Part shown: one piece after another, positions 35,380-44,632 of the stretch
How positions within the stretch are numbered: the stretch's first letter is position 1
How the letters are laid out: each line of letters starts with the position of its first letter
Source: a candidate division CPR2 bacterium GW2011_GWC2_39_35
Lineage (GTDB): Bacteria > Patescibacteriota > CPR2
Assembly: GCA_000995065.1 (NCBI GenBank)
Contig: LBWX01000002.1
Span: 62,586-126,585, forward strand
Direction of reading: 5' to 3'
Length of the DNA stretch: 64,000 bases
Made by a program: the position numbers and the translations under genes
The notes under the pieces: generated by a model
Told to the model about the DNA's origin: nothing
The model's database searches: none
The model's input: only the letters and a program-made list of their open reading frames with translations

Positions 35380-36286
35380 TTTCCAAATATTTCTGAAGTG
35401 ACGGCACCATTTGTTTTTTTCTAGACACAACGCCGGGAATCTTTAAGACGTCATCTTCCAAATCTCCTTTAAATATAGCCGTTGCCACTTCTTTTTCCTT
35501 ATCGGTGGGCATTATAAGATACGCCATATCGACTACAATGTCAACTACTGCAAAAAATATATAGTCGACGCCGGCTTCCTGCTGAAGCTCTCTTACTGCC
35601 TCGACAATTTCACCTTTTCTTTCCAGGGCAGGGGCAGGATCTACGGTTTCAAAAACGCCGATGCCAACATTGAATTTACCCATTTCAAATTCTTTATAGT
35701 CAGCTGAAACAACCCTAGAAATCGGCATGCCCGTTAAATCACTTTTGGCTTTAAACATTTTAGCTGCAAATTCATCGATTTTGATGCTTGTTTCTCTGGC
35801 AATTTCATTAGCCACCATTTTATCCGCTTCCGTTCCTGTAGGCGAACTGAAATTTAAAGTGTCTGAAAGAATGGAAGCAAGAAGCAGTTTTTTTATATTT
35901 TCTGGAATTTCTCTTGCTGCTTCTTTATAAAGCTTATAAATAATTGTTGCGGTACATCCCGTAGGCTCGATACGTATAAAGATCGGGGATAAAAGCGCTA
36001 AACCTCCTAGATTATGATGATCCACAATCATTTCTATCTTTGATTTATCTAATCCATCGAACATTTGAGCTTCTTGATTATGATCAACTAAAACAAAGCC
36101 TTCGACTTCATTAAGCTCTGGTAATTCAGGAGATTCTATGCCAAACTCATTTAAAACAAACAAGGACTCTTTGTTAAGGTCTCCGCTTCTTGCCGGCATA
36201 TAACCATCACCCAAAAAGTCAGCCATAGCAATTGCCGAGATAATCGAATCGGTATCCGGATTTTTATGTCCTAAAACGTACTTCAT
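35372..36286 (-). CDS. ppaC: manganese-dependent inorganic pyrophosphatase (family II, DHH)
   Basis: MKYVLGHKNPDTDSIISAIA...DHHN motifs, with DHH and DHHA2 domains. Confidence 0.85.
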   Translation of the reverse strand: MKYVLGHKNPDTDSIISAIAMADFLGDGYMPARSGDLNKESLFVLNEFGIESPELPELNEVEGFVLVDHNQEAQMFDGLDKSKIEMIVDHHNLGGLALLSPIFIRIEPTGCTATIIYKLYKEAAREIPENIKKLLLASILSDTLNFSSPTGTEADKMVANEIARETSIKIDEFAAKMFKAKSDLTGMPISRVVSADYKEFEMGKFNVGIGVFETVDPAPALERKGEIVEAVRELQQEAGVDYIFFAVVDIVVDMAYLIMPTDKEKEVATAIFKGDLEDDVLKIPGVVSRKKQMVPSLQKYLENV

Positions 36287-37305
36287 TTTTTTATCTCCTT
36301 TTTTGTTTTAAATGTGACGTTTCTTATTGAGATCATAAACAAAACGGCCAGCACAAACAAAAATATAGACTGTGTTTTAGTGACCTGGGTCGAAATGATG
36401 GCAACGACCCCTAAAATTAAATTTAAGGCATACATCATAAGAACCGCTTTTTTCTGGTCATATCCCTGGCCTAAAAATAAATGATGCAGATGCTCTCTAT
36501 CGGCCAGGTAAACCTTCTGCTTATTCTTGGCGCGCTTTAAAACAACCAAAGCCGTATCAATTATTGGAACGCCAACGGCAAGTATCGGGATTAGAAGAGA
36601 AATAAAAGCGGCTGACTTTAAGGTGCCAAGAATTGCCATCCCAGCCAGCACAAACCCCAAGAACTGAGAACCGGCGTCGCCCATAAAGATCTGAGCCGGA
36701 TGATAATTATATCTGAGAAAAGCGAGACTAGAGGCGCCAAGATACATCGCCATTGGCAAAATTTCCGGTCTGCCGGTAAGAAAAGCGATTACGGCAAGAA
36801 CTCCCGACGAGATAGAAACAATCCCGGCCGCAAGGCCGTCAAGACCGTCGATAAAATTAATAACATTCGTCATACCCACCACCCAAATGATGGTAAGAGG
36901 GACCGAAAGGTCGCCCAGCGCATAGACGCCGTCTATCGGGTTAGAAAGGATATCTATCTTAACCCCAAAACTAATAAGAACCAAAGCTCCGATAACCTGA
37001 GAAATGAGCTTCGGAAGAGCCTTAAGACCAACAATAGAATCGACAAAACCCATAATAAGCATTAAGGTGCCACCTAAAATAATGCCAAGCATTTCCCGCG
37101 AAAGCTCCTCCGAAAAAACAAAGGCCGTAATAAATCCCACGAAAATCGCCAAGCCACCGATGTTTGGCACCGATGTCTTATTAACCCGCCTTTCTTCCGG
37201 ATGGTCGAAAGCGCCAATCTCTAAAGCCACCCTCATTATAAAGGGGGTGATTATGTAAGTAATGGCAAAGGCCAGTGACGCAAATAAGATATATCGAAGA
37301 TTCAT
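36283..37305 (-). CDS. MraY/WecA-family polyprenyl-phosphate sugar-1-phosphate transferase
   Basis: A polytopic membrane protein carrying the motif NVINFIDGLDGLAAG. At 340 aa it is WecA/MraY-like. Confidence 0.8.
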   Translation of the reverse strand: MNLRYILFASLAFAITYIITPFIMRVALEIGAFDHPEERRVNKTSVPNIGGLAIFVGFITAFVFSEELSREMLGIILGGTLMLIMGFVDSIVGLKALPKLISQVIGALVLISFGVKIDILSNPIDGVYALGDLSVPLTIIWVVGMTNVINFIDGLDGLAAGIVSISSGVLAVIAFLTGRPEILPMAMYLGASSLAFLRYNYHPAQIFMGDAGSQFLGFVLAGMAILGTLKSAAFISLLIPILAVGVPIIDTALVVLKRAKNKQKVYLADREHLHHLFLGQGYDQKKAVLMMYALNLILGVVAIISTQVTKTQSIFLFVLAVLFMISIRNVTFKTKKEIKK

Positions 37306-38189
37306 AGCTTTGTCTTCACCTGGCTATCTTCACTAAGTTCGCCTATGAATTGCATCATTTCGCCTCTTAGGCTTGGATCCTGATAGGCTTCGTAAAGATT
37401 TGCTTTAAGATACCCAATCTTGTTTCCTGTATCAAAATGGCGGCCTTTAAAAACTTTTCCGTAAACTTTCTCGGTTTTTAAGAGCTCATTTATGCCGTTT
37501 GTAATATAATATTCGCCGTTAGGCGCAGGCTCGACTGCCTTTAGATATTTAAAAACATTAGGAGTTAAAAGATATCTGCCTACTGAAGCCAAGTTTGACG
37601 GTGCTTCTTCAGCCTTTGGCTTTTCCACAAACTCAGTGATTTCAACTTTGTCGTTATCCTTTTCGCCAGGACGTATTACACCGTAAGCCGAAACTTTATC
37701 CTGCGGCACTTCCTCTAGGCCTAAAACGGAAGACCCTGTTTGGTCGTGGATTTCCATCATTTGCTTTGTAAAAGGAATCTCGCTTAAAAATACATCATCA
37801 GGATATATAACCATGAAAGGCTCATCTCCGATAATTGATTCCGCTCTTAAAACGGCATCACCCGTACCAAACGGGCCCGGCTGACGTACAAAAAAGATAT
37901 TGGCCGAATTTGCAAATCGTGAAACAAGCGGAAGCAAGCTTTCTTTTCCCGTTTTTTTAAGAAGTTCTTCTAGCTCGGGATGAACATCAAGATAGTCCTC
38001 AATTGCTTTCTTATTTCTGGAAACCACAAAAATAAGATCCGTTATCCCTGAATCTAACGCTTCTTCGATAGCATAGTGAATAATCGGTTTGTCTACTATC
38101 GGCAGCATTTCTTTGGGCACGGTTTTAGTAACGGGGAGAAACCGAGTCCCAAATCCTGCTACTACGAATACAGCTTTTCTAACTCTCAT
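37302..38189 (-). CDS. galU: UTP--glucose-1-phosphate uridylyltransferase
   Basis: AVFVVAGFGTRFLPVTKTVPKEMLPIVDKP at the N-terminus. Confidence 0.85.
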   Translation of the reverse strand: MRVRKAVFVVAGFGTRFLPVTKTVPKEMLPIVDKPIIHYAIEEALDSGITDLIFVVSRNKKAIEDYLDVHPELEELLKKTGKESLLPLVSRFANSANIFFVRQPGPFGTGDAVLRAESIIGDEPFMVIYPDDVFLSEIPFTKQMMEIHDQTGSSVLGLEEVPQDKVSAYGVIRPGEKDNDKVEITEFVEKPKAEEAPSNLASVGRYLLTPNVFKYLKAVEPAPNGEYYITNGINELLKTEKVYGKVFKGRHFDTGNKIGYLKANLYEAYQDPSLRGEMMQFIGELSEDSQVKTKL

Positions 38190-38193
38190 ACGT

Positions 38194-38988
38194 CTACTTC
38201 TTTCTTTTTTTCTTCTTTTTGTCTTTTTTCTTCTCTACTTTTTGATTAACAGAAGTTTCTTCTAATACTTCAACATCTTTCTTCATTATAAGGTGCTGTT
38301 GAAGAATCGCAACCAAGCTCATGGCTGCCCAATATAGGCTCATAGCAATCGGGAAAGTGAAGCCGAAGAAAAGGATCATGACCGGGCCTAAGAAATTAAG
38401 TTTTGCCATCATCTTCTGTTGATCGTCTAAGTTCTGCTGTGGGGAAAGCATTTTTACCTGATAATACTGAAGGGCGGCGGCGGCAATAGGAAAGAGCGCA
38501 AATACAAGACCAGCCTTTCCGAGAGCTGACAAATCAATTCCAAAGAGAGTAGCGTTAAAGAGTGCTGGATCCGCAATTGCTTGCTTTACATAAGGGAGGC
38601 TTCTTACAAAAGCGTAAGTTCTATCTGCCAAAAATTCGGGCTTTAACCAGTACATAAAAACCTGGAACAGACCAATTAGAAAAGGGAATTGAACCAATAG
38701 GGGCAAACAGGAGGAAGAAACAGGATTGACTTCCTTTTCCTTATAGAGTTCCATGATCATCTTAGATTCTGCCTGCTTGTCTCCCTTTGCTTTTTCCTTT
38801 ATTTTGACAATTTCGGGCTGCAAGGACTGTAAGGCCTGCCGACCACGAAGACCCTTTTTATCTACCGGCCACATAGCAAGTCTAACAACAATAGTGGCTA
38901 GAATAATAGCAAGACCCAAGTCGTGAACAGGGAGAACGCCCCAGATTCCGACTAAGATGTTATAGATAAATTGGTATAAGTAATACAT
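38194..38988 (-). CDS. yidC: membrane protein insertase YidC/Oxa1 family
   Basis: A short YidC with the conserved TM core. It sits in the rpmH-rnpA-yidD-yidC synteny next to dnaA. Confidence 0.85.
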   Translation of the reverse strand: MYYLYQFIYNILVGIWGVLPVHDLGLAIILATIVVRLAMWPVDKKGLRGRQALQSLQPEIVKIKEKAKGDKQAESKMIMELYKEKEVNPVSSSCLPLLVQFPFLIGLFQVFMYWLKPEFLADRTYAFVRSLPYVKQAIADPALFNATLFGIDLSALGKAGLVFALFPIAAAALQYYQVKMLSPQQNLDDQQKMMAKLNFLGPVMILFFGFTFPIAMSLYWAAMSLVAILQQHLIMKKDVEVLEETSVNQKVEKKKDKKKKKRKK

Positions 38989-39046
38989 ATATCTCCTTTA
39001 TTTTTTTATCTTCTATATTTACCTATTAACCCATTCGCCCATTAGC

Positions 39047-39280
39047 CTACTTAACCGGATCATCCCCGCCCTTGGACCAAGGATTACATCTAAGAATCCT
39101 CCGGCTTCCCATCGCTGACCCTTTTATAAAACCATATTTTTCAATCGCTTCCAAGGTGTAAGCCGAGCAAGTAGGGGTGAAGCGGCAAACTCCATGAGGG
39201 AACACCCCTTTAACTAAGCCGTGATCCGGTGATATTGTTTTCTGATAAATTTTAATAAGACTGACTGCGATCTTTTTCAT
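39047..39280 (-). CDS. yidD: membrane protein insertion efficiency factor YidD
   Basis: [11 protein letters not shown]...[19 protein letters not shown] matches the YidD signature. Confidence 0.85.
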   Translation of the reverse strand: MKKIAVSLIKIYQKTISPDHGLVKGVFPHGVCRFTPTCSAYTLEAIEKYGFIKGSAMGSRRILRCNPWSKGGDDPVK

Positions 39281-39620
39281 ATTTTAGTAAATTTCCTCTA
39301 TTTAATAAAGCGAGTAATGATTTCTCTAAGTTTTGATATTCTACCTCCGCCAAATCTCTTTTGGAAGTAATAATGAGATCAAAACCCGGCCGCAACTTTG
39401 CAAAGTTCAGCCTTACGATTTCCTGCAAACGCCTCCTCGCCAAGTTTCGCTTTGTTGCTTTTTTAGTATGTTTTTTTAAGATAACAACTGCAACTCGAGA
39501 AAAAGACGATCTATTTGGAAGAGACCGAACGGTATATTCGCCATTACCAAAGAATTTACCTTTTTGGTAAATTCTTTTAAATTCGTTTTCCTTAGTTATG
39601 CGAAATTCTTTTCTAAGCAT
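39252..39620 (-). CDS. rnpA: ribonuclease P protein component
   Basis: A basic ~120-aa protein located between rpmH and yidD. Confidence 0.8.
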   Translation of the reverse strand: MLRKEFRITKENEFKRIYQKGKFFGNGEYTVRSLPNRSSFSRVAVVILKKHTKKATKRNLARRRLQEIVRLNFAKLRPGFDLIITSKRDLAEVEYQNLEKSLLALLNRGNLLKYEKDRSQSY

Positions 39621-39754
39621 TAAACGGTTAATTTAGTTCTGCCCTTAGCTCGTCTTCTTTTAAGTACGTTTCGGCCATCTTTAGTGCTCATTCTTTCTAA
39701 AAAGCCGTGTACCCTAAAGCGTCTTCTTTTTTTCGGTTGATAAGTTCTTTTCAT
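39620..39754 (-). CDS. rpmH: 50S ribosomal protein L34
   Basis: The minus strand translates to [44 protein letters not shown]. This ORF is not in the supplied track because it is under 60 aa. Confidence 0.85.
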   Translation of the reverse strand: MKRTYQPKKRRRFRVHGFLERMSTKDGRNVLKRRRAKGRTKLTV

Positions 39755-39774
39755 TATTTCCTCTCGTATTCCTT

Positions 39775-39913
39775 CTTAAGACCTATGTATTTTATAACGA
39801 TTTGCCTTAAAAGTCAATTTGAATTGTTTTCAACATGGGGCTTGCTTTTTTGTGGATAATTGTCTAACATAATAAGCACTTGTGGAAAAGTATTAATTTA
39901 AAGGGGTTTTTTA
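39775..39913. promoter_or_regulatory. dnaA upstream region with DnaA-box-like 9-mers
   Basis: TGTGGATAA at 39851-39859 and TGTGGAAAA at 39881-39889. Confidence 0.5.
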
Positions 39914-41281
39914 ATGGACAATACGAGTCTTTGGCAAGCCGTACTCGGCCAGCTTGAGGTTACTCTATCCAAAGCTAATTTTGCGACTTGGTTTAAGAAT
40001 ACCTCTGTACTCGAACAACAAGACCAAAAGGTTGTTATTTCGGTTCCAAACGTGTTTACCAAAGAGTGGCTCGAAAAAAAGTATCACCACGATATTTTTA
40101 ATGCCCTAAGAGATATTTTAAATGGACACTTAGAGGCTATTGAGTATAAGGTAGGTTCCGGCAAATCACTTGTCCACAAAAGAACCCAGAGCCAGCCCAC
40201 AATGGTTGCCGAAGAGGCTCTTGTTCAAATAGAAGAAACGCCGATATCCACAGAGCCCACGACCTTAAATTCTAAACTTACATTCGATACTTTTGTTGTC
40301 GGTACTTCAAACCGGCTTGCCTATGCCGCCTGTCAATCCGTCTCCAACAATCCCGGACATACCTACAATCCTCTTTTCTTATATGGCGGCGTTGGCCTTG
40401 GCAAAACCCACCTCATGCAAGCCATAGGCAATGAGATTCTAAGGAAAAATCCAAAAAAGAAGATCGAATATATCACTTCCGAACGCTTTACTAACGAATT
40501 CATCAGTTCGATCGGCTCCAGAAAAACAAATGAGTTTAAAGATAAATATCGAGCAATCGATGTCTTATTAATCGACGACATGCAATTTTTGGCTGGGAAA
40601 GAACAAACTCAGGAAGAGTTTTTTCATACATTTAACGCTCTCCATCAAACAAATAAACAGATTGTCCTCACTTCGGACAGGCCTCCAAAAGCTATTCCAA
40701 CTATAGAAGATAGGCTCCGCTCGAGATTCGAATGGGGCATGATTGCCGATATCCAGCCGCCGGACCTGGAGACCCGGATCGCCATTTTACAGCGAAAAGC
40801 ACAGACCAAAGGCTTTGACATCCCCTTAGAGATAATCGATTACATTGCAAAGAATGTTCAGCATAATATTAGGGAATTGGAAGGCGCTCTAACAAGGATT
40901 ATTGCTTTTTGCGAGCTTAACGGTTCAAGGCCCTCAGTTACCATCGCCCAGTCACTGCTAGGCAACATCATTTCCAATCCCAAAAGAAGAGCCCTAACAC
41001 CAAAACAAGTGATAGAGCAGATAGCCGCTTTTTATGATCTCCAGACAGACGATATAACCGGGCCTAGAAGAGATAAAAACATTGTTGTGCCTCGCCAGAT
41101 CGGTATGTATCTGATGCGGGATGAGCTAAACCTCTCTTTTCCAAAGATTGCCCAAGCCTTGGGAGGAAGAGATCATACGACGATAATGCACGGTTGTTCG
41201 AAAATAGAAAAAGAGATTGATATTAACGAGCGCTTAAGACAAGAGATCAATCTTATTAAAGAACGTCTTTATATGCCGTAG
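39914..41281 (+). CDS. dnaA: chromosomal replication initiator DnaA
   Basis: AAA+ Walker A (GGVGLGKTHL), sensor motifs and a C-terminal DNA-binding domain in a 455-aa protein. Confidence 0.95.
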   Translation: MDNTSLWQAVLGQLEVTLSKANFATWFKNTSVLEQQDQKVVISVPNVFTKEWLEKKYHHDIFNALRDILNGHLEAIEYKVGSGKSLVHKRTQSQPTMVAEEALVQIEETPISTEPTTLNSKLTFDTFVVGTSNRLAYAACQSVSNNPGHTYNPLFLYGGVGLGKTHLMQAIGNEILRKNPKKKIEYITSERFTNEFISSIGSRKTNEFKDKYRAIDVLLIDDMQFLAGKEQTQEEFFHTFNALHQTNKQIVLTSDRPPKAIPTIEDRLRSRFEWGMIADIQPPDLETRIAILQRKAQTKGFDIPLEIIDYIAKNVQHNIRELEGALTRIIAFCELNGSRPSVTIAQSLLGNIISNPKRRALTPKQVIEQIAAFYDLQTDDITGPRRDKNIVVPRQIGMYLMRDELNLSFPKIAQALGGRDHTTIMHGCSKIEKEIDINERLRQEINLIKERLYMP

Positions 41282-41801
41282 CTAGGTGAATTGGCTAATA
41301 GGTCGATGGATAACCGGGTTTTAAGAAATGATTGACGAACAACGCAACAGCTAAATCCAAAGGCTAGTTACAAACACCTTCAAATAATCTGAATCACCCT
41401 CACTTCCGTCAATATGAACTCTAGTGAAAAAGAGGAGGCGGGTCTTTAAAATAAACTTGCCAAAGATGAGGAAATATTGGATAAATCTGTGGATAACCCT
41501 TGTTTTTTTGGGGAAAAGAGTGGACAATCTGGGTAAAACTTTCGTAATCAAGCGCTTGTTATCGCTTCGTCCTAGAGAACGCCAAAAAAATAAACTTATC
41601 CTCAACTTATCCCTAAATAATAAAAACTTATGCATAGTTTATCCCGAAACTGTCAACATCCATTAAACCCAAGAAGCGCTCAGCAAGGGTATTAATAAAA
41701 CTTATACCCAGTATCCACATCCCTTACTATCAATACTATTATTAAATATTTAAAAGATTTATAATAAGAGAAACCTGTGTAAAAGAAATAAGGAGAGAAA
41801 A
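41282..41801. other. putative oriC: the dnaA-dnaN intergenic region with clustered DnaA boxes and an AT-rich DUE
   Basis: TTGGATAAA at 41477-41485, TGTGGATAA at 41488-41496, AGTGGACAA near 41519, TTATCC variants at 41595-41634, and AT-rich sequence at 41700-41790. Confidence 0.65.
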
Positions 41802-42902
41802 ATGCAAGTCAGTGTACTAAAAGAAAATTTAAGTAAAGCACTTAACACGGTAGGGAGAATTGTCAGTACAAAAGGATCATTGCCTGTTTTATCCCATGTC
41901 TTAATTAATACGGAGGATGGAAGGCTTAAATTATCCAGCACAAATCTAGAATTAGGTATTACTTATAAGATAGGTGGTAAGGTTGAAAAAAATGGCAGCA
42001 TTACGGTCCCCTCTCGGCTTTTTACTGATTTTGTAAATTCTCTTCCTAATGAAAAGATAGACTTAACCTTAAAAGAGCTTACTTTAAAAGCTAAATGTTC
42101 TAATTATAACTCTGAAATCAAGGGACTCTCCTCCGATGAATTTCCTTTAATTCCTAACGTAAAGGAAAATAAGGTTTTAAGCATTGATTCTAAGACTCTA
42201 AAAGAAGCCATTAGATTGGTTTCATTTGCTGCGGCTGTAGACGATGCTCGTCCGGTGCTTTCCGGAGTTTATTTTAGCAAAGAAGGAAAAAGGCTTACTT
42301 TGGTTGCAACCGATAGTTATCGGCTGGCCGAGAAAGCCGTAACCCTTACTAAAGATTCTAAAACAGACTTTTCTATTATTATTCCGGTCAAGACGATTCA
42401 AGAATTGTTTAAGATAATAAGTGATTTGGAGGGAGAGGTTGAAGTCTATCTAAGCGATAATCAAATTCTTTTTGAGATTGATGGCGTCGAACTTATGTCG
42501 CGGCTTATCGAAGGTCAGTTTCCAAATTATAAACAAATTATTCCCGATTCTTCGGAAACCAAAGCTACCGTAAATAGCGCTGAGTTTGTAAATGCGCTAA
42601 AGGTAACTATTCTTTTTGCCAAAGAGAACGCTAATACGATAAATGTTCAGATTAATCCGAAAGGCAAAATTGAACTTCAGGTGGAAGCTAACCAGATCGG
42701 AAGCAGCGATTCTTTTGTGGAAGCGGATGTCGAAGGAAAAGGCGGCGAAATTTCGTTTAACGGCCGATTTCTTGCCGATGCGTTGCAAAACATCAGCTCC
42801 AAAGACGTAACTTTGGAAATCAGCAGCAAATTAACGCCTGGCATTGTAAGAGCTAAAGAAATTAAGGATTATACGTATATAATAATGCCACTACGAAGCT
42901 AG
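41802..42902 (+). CDS. dnaN: DNA polymerase III beta sliding clamp
   Basis: A 366-aa three-domain beta clamp (MQVSVLKENLSKAL...). Confidence 0.9.
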   Translation: MQVSVLKENLSKALNTVGRIVSTKGSLPVLSHVLINTEDGRLKLSSTNLELGITYKIGGKVEKNGSITVPSRLFTDFVNSLPNEKIDLTLKELTLKAKCSNYNSEIKGLSSDEFPLIPNVKENKVLSIDSKTLKEAIRLVSFAAAVDDARPVLSGVYFSKEGKRLTLVATDSYRLAEKAVTLTKDSKTDFSIIIPVKTIQELFKIISDLEGEVEVYLSDNQILFEIDGVELMSRLIEGQFPNYKQIIPDSSETKATVNSAEFVNALKVTILFAKENANTINVQINPKGKIELQVEANQIGSSDSFVEADVEGKGGEISFNGRFLADALQNISSKDVTLEISSKLTPGIVRAKEIKDYTYIIMPLRS

Positions 42903-43047
42903 AAAAAAAGTTCTAATTGATCTAATTTCTATTATCTAATAAAATCCCAATCAATAAATGACCAACGTCCAAAAAAAAATTTAGTCATTTTGCTATTTAA
43001 TCATTCTTTAGGTCAATTAGAGAATTAGAAATTAGGAATTTAAAATC

Positions 43048-44133
43048 GTGTCTCTAAAAGCAATAGCCTTACAAAATTATAGAACCTATGCCAAAGCTTC
43101 TGCCGAACTTAGCGGCATTAATGTTCTAATTGGCGCCAATACTCAGGGGAAAACCAATTTTTTAGAAGCTATTTCGTATCTTACCTTTGGCAAATCTTTT
43201 CGTTCTTCGGATCGGGATCTTATAAAATGGGGCGAGGATTTCTTTAGGATTGAAGCCACAACTTCCGAAAATAAGAAAATCGAAGTTTTTTATAGTTTGA
43301 ATCCTCAAAAAAAGATGGTTAGGATTGATAATCAGGCGAAGAAACAGTCCGAATTATTCGGCCACAATTTGGCCGTTCTTTTTAGTCCGGAAGACATTAA
43401 TCTAATAGCAGCGCCACCGGAGAAGAAAAGGCGTTATTTAGATATGATAATATCTCAGGTTGATAAGCTATACTTAGTGGATCTGATTAGCTATAAAAAA
43501 ATATTAAAACAGAGGAATTCGCTTCTTCTAAGAATTAGAGAAGGAAGCGGCGGCACAAAGGAACTAGAGGTGTGGTCGGAAAAACTAGTTGAAAGAGGCT
43601 TGCCACTTATACAAAAACGCCATGAATTTTTTATAGATTTCGAAGAGGATTTAAAAAAAGCTTATAGAAATTTTGGGGAGCAAGATTTGTGGCTAAAGTT
43701 TGTAAGCAGCACTCCAAATTCCAAAGAAGGTTTTGAAGCAGCGCTTAAAAAGGCGGAGGCGACAGACATTGTTAGCGCTAAAACCTCTCTGGGGCCTCAC
43801 AGAGACGATTTTGTATTTTATCTGGAAGATAAGGAGATAGAAAGCATTGGATCCAGAGGAGAGTTCAGAAGTGCCGTTTTAGCCCTAAAGCTAGCAGAGA
43901 TTAAGTATCTCGAAAAAAAGACCGGCAAAAAAGCAATATTTCTCCTGGATGATGTTTTCTCGGAGCTGGATGAATCTAGGAGGGATGCGTTGTATAATCT
44001 GATAGGAGATTACCAGACCATTATTACAAGCACGGACTTAGATCATTTAAGTGAGGAGCTTCTAAAAAAAGCAGCAATATTTAAAATAGAGAATTACGAG
44101 ATAATTAATCAGGAAATAGGAAATAGGAAATAG
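43048..44133 (+). CDS. recF: DNA replication/repair protein RecF
   Basis: Walker A (GANTQGKTNFLEAI) in an SMC-like ABC ATPase of 361 aa. Confidence 0.9.
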   Translation: MSLKAIALQNYRTYAKASAELSGINVLIGANTQGKTNFLEAISYLTFGKSFRSSDRDLIKWGEDFFRIEATTSENKKIEVFYSLNPQKKMVRIDNQAKKQSELFGHNLAVLFSPEDINLIAAPPEKKRRYLDMIISQVDKLYLVDLISYKKILKQRNSLLLRIREGSGGTKELEVWSEKLVERGLPLIQKRHEFFIDFEEDLKKAYRNFGEQDLWLKFVSSTPNSKEGFEAALKKAEATDIVSAKTSLGPHRDDFVFYLEDKEIESIGSRGEFRSAVLALKLAEIKYLEKKTGKKAIFLLDDVFSELDESRRDALYNLIGDYQTIITSTDLDHLSEELLKKAAIFKIENYEIINQEIGNRK

Positions 44134-44147
44134 GAAATAGGAAATCA
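44110..44147. repeat. (AGGAAAT)4 heptanucleotide tandem repeat at the recF 3' end
   Basis: AGGAAATAGGAAATAGGAAATAGGAAAT encodes the final EIGNRK residues of RecF and extends past the stop. Confidence 0.7.
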
Positions 44148-44254
44148 AATTGTAACTGCTCACTATCGGTCATTGCGAGCGACCCAAAGGAGCGTGGCAA
44201 TCTTGTTTCGAACATAAAGGGATTGCTTCGTTCCTGCAATGACTAATGGGGTTG
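44142..44254. repeat. GTCATTGCGAG...CTGCAATGAC-family structured inverted-repeat element (copy A)
   Basis: An outer 12-bp stem (GTAACTGCTCAC/GTGAGCAGTTAC), inner GTCATTGCGAG/CCTGCAATGAC arms and an internal GCAATC/GATTGC pair. Confidence 0.6.
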
Positions 44255-44264
44255 TGAGCAGTTA

Positions 44265-44300
44265 CATCAAATTTTCTCCCTCTCCTCTTTAGGAGAGGGA
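44265..44300. repeat. CCCTCTCCT/AGGAGAGGG hairpin followed by TGGGGCGAGG (copy A)
   Basis: A perfect 9-bp stem upstream of the DUF721 gene. A homolog lies at 61110-61155. Confidence 0.5.
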
Positions 44301-44325
44301 TGGGGCGAGGTAAATGAGGTAGAAA

Positions 44326-44598
44326 ATGGATAATTTAGAAAAAACATTTCAAAAAAGATTAAAGAAGCTTGGGATCGCGAAACAAGTGGAAGCAGCAATG
44401 GTTTGCGAAGAAGCTCAAAAGTTTATAAATGATCTTTTTGGTAAAGATGTCAGCCAGGAAGCCGCAGTTATTTCGTTTGATAGGGGTGTTCTTAAAATAA
44501 AGACATCTGGCAGTCTTTGGGCTCAAGAAATATTCTTACAAGCGGAAAAAATAAAGGATAAATTACCTTCGATAAAAAACGTGAGAACTATTCTTTAA
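44326..44598 (+). CDS. DUF721-family (DciA-like) protein
   Basis: A small protein downstream of recF with the motif GSLWAQEIFLQ, typical of DUF721. Confidence 0.55.
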   Translation: MDNLEKTFQKRLKKLGIAKQVEAAMVCEEAQKFINDLFGKDVSQEAAVISFDRGVLKIKTSGSLWAQEIFLQAEKIKDKLPSIKNVRTIL

Positions 44599-44632
44599 GG
44601 CTAACATAATTTGACTTTATAACTCTAAAGAA

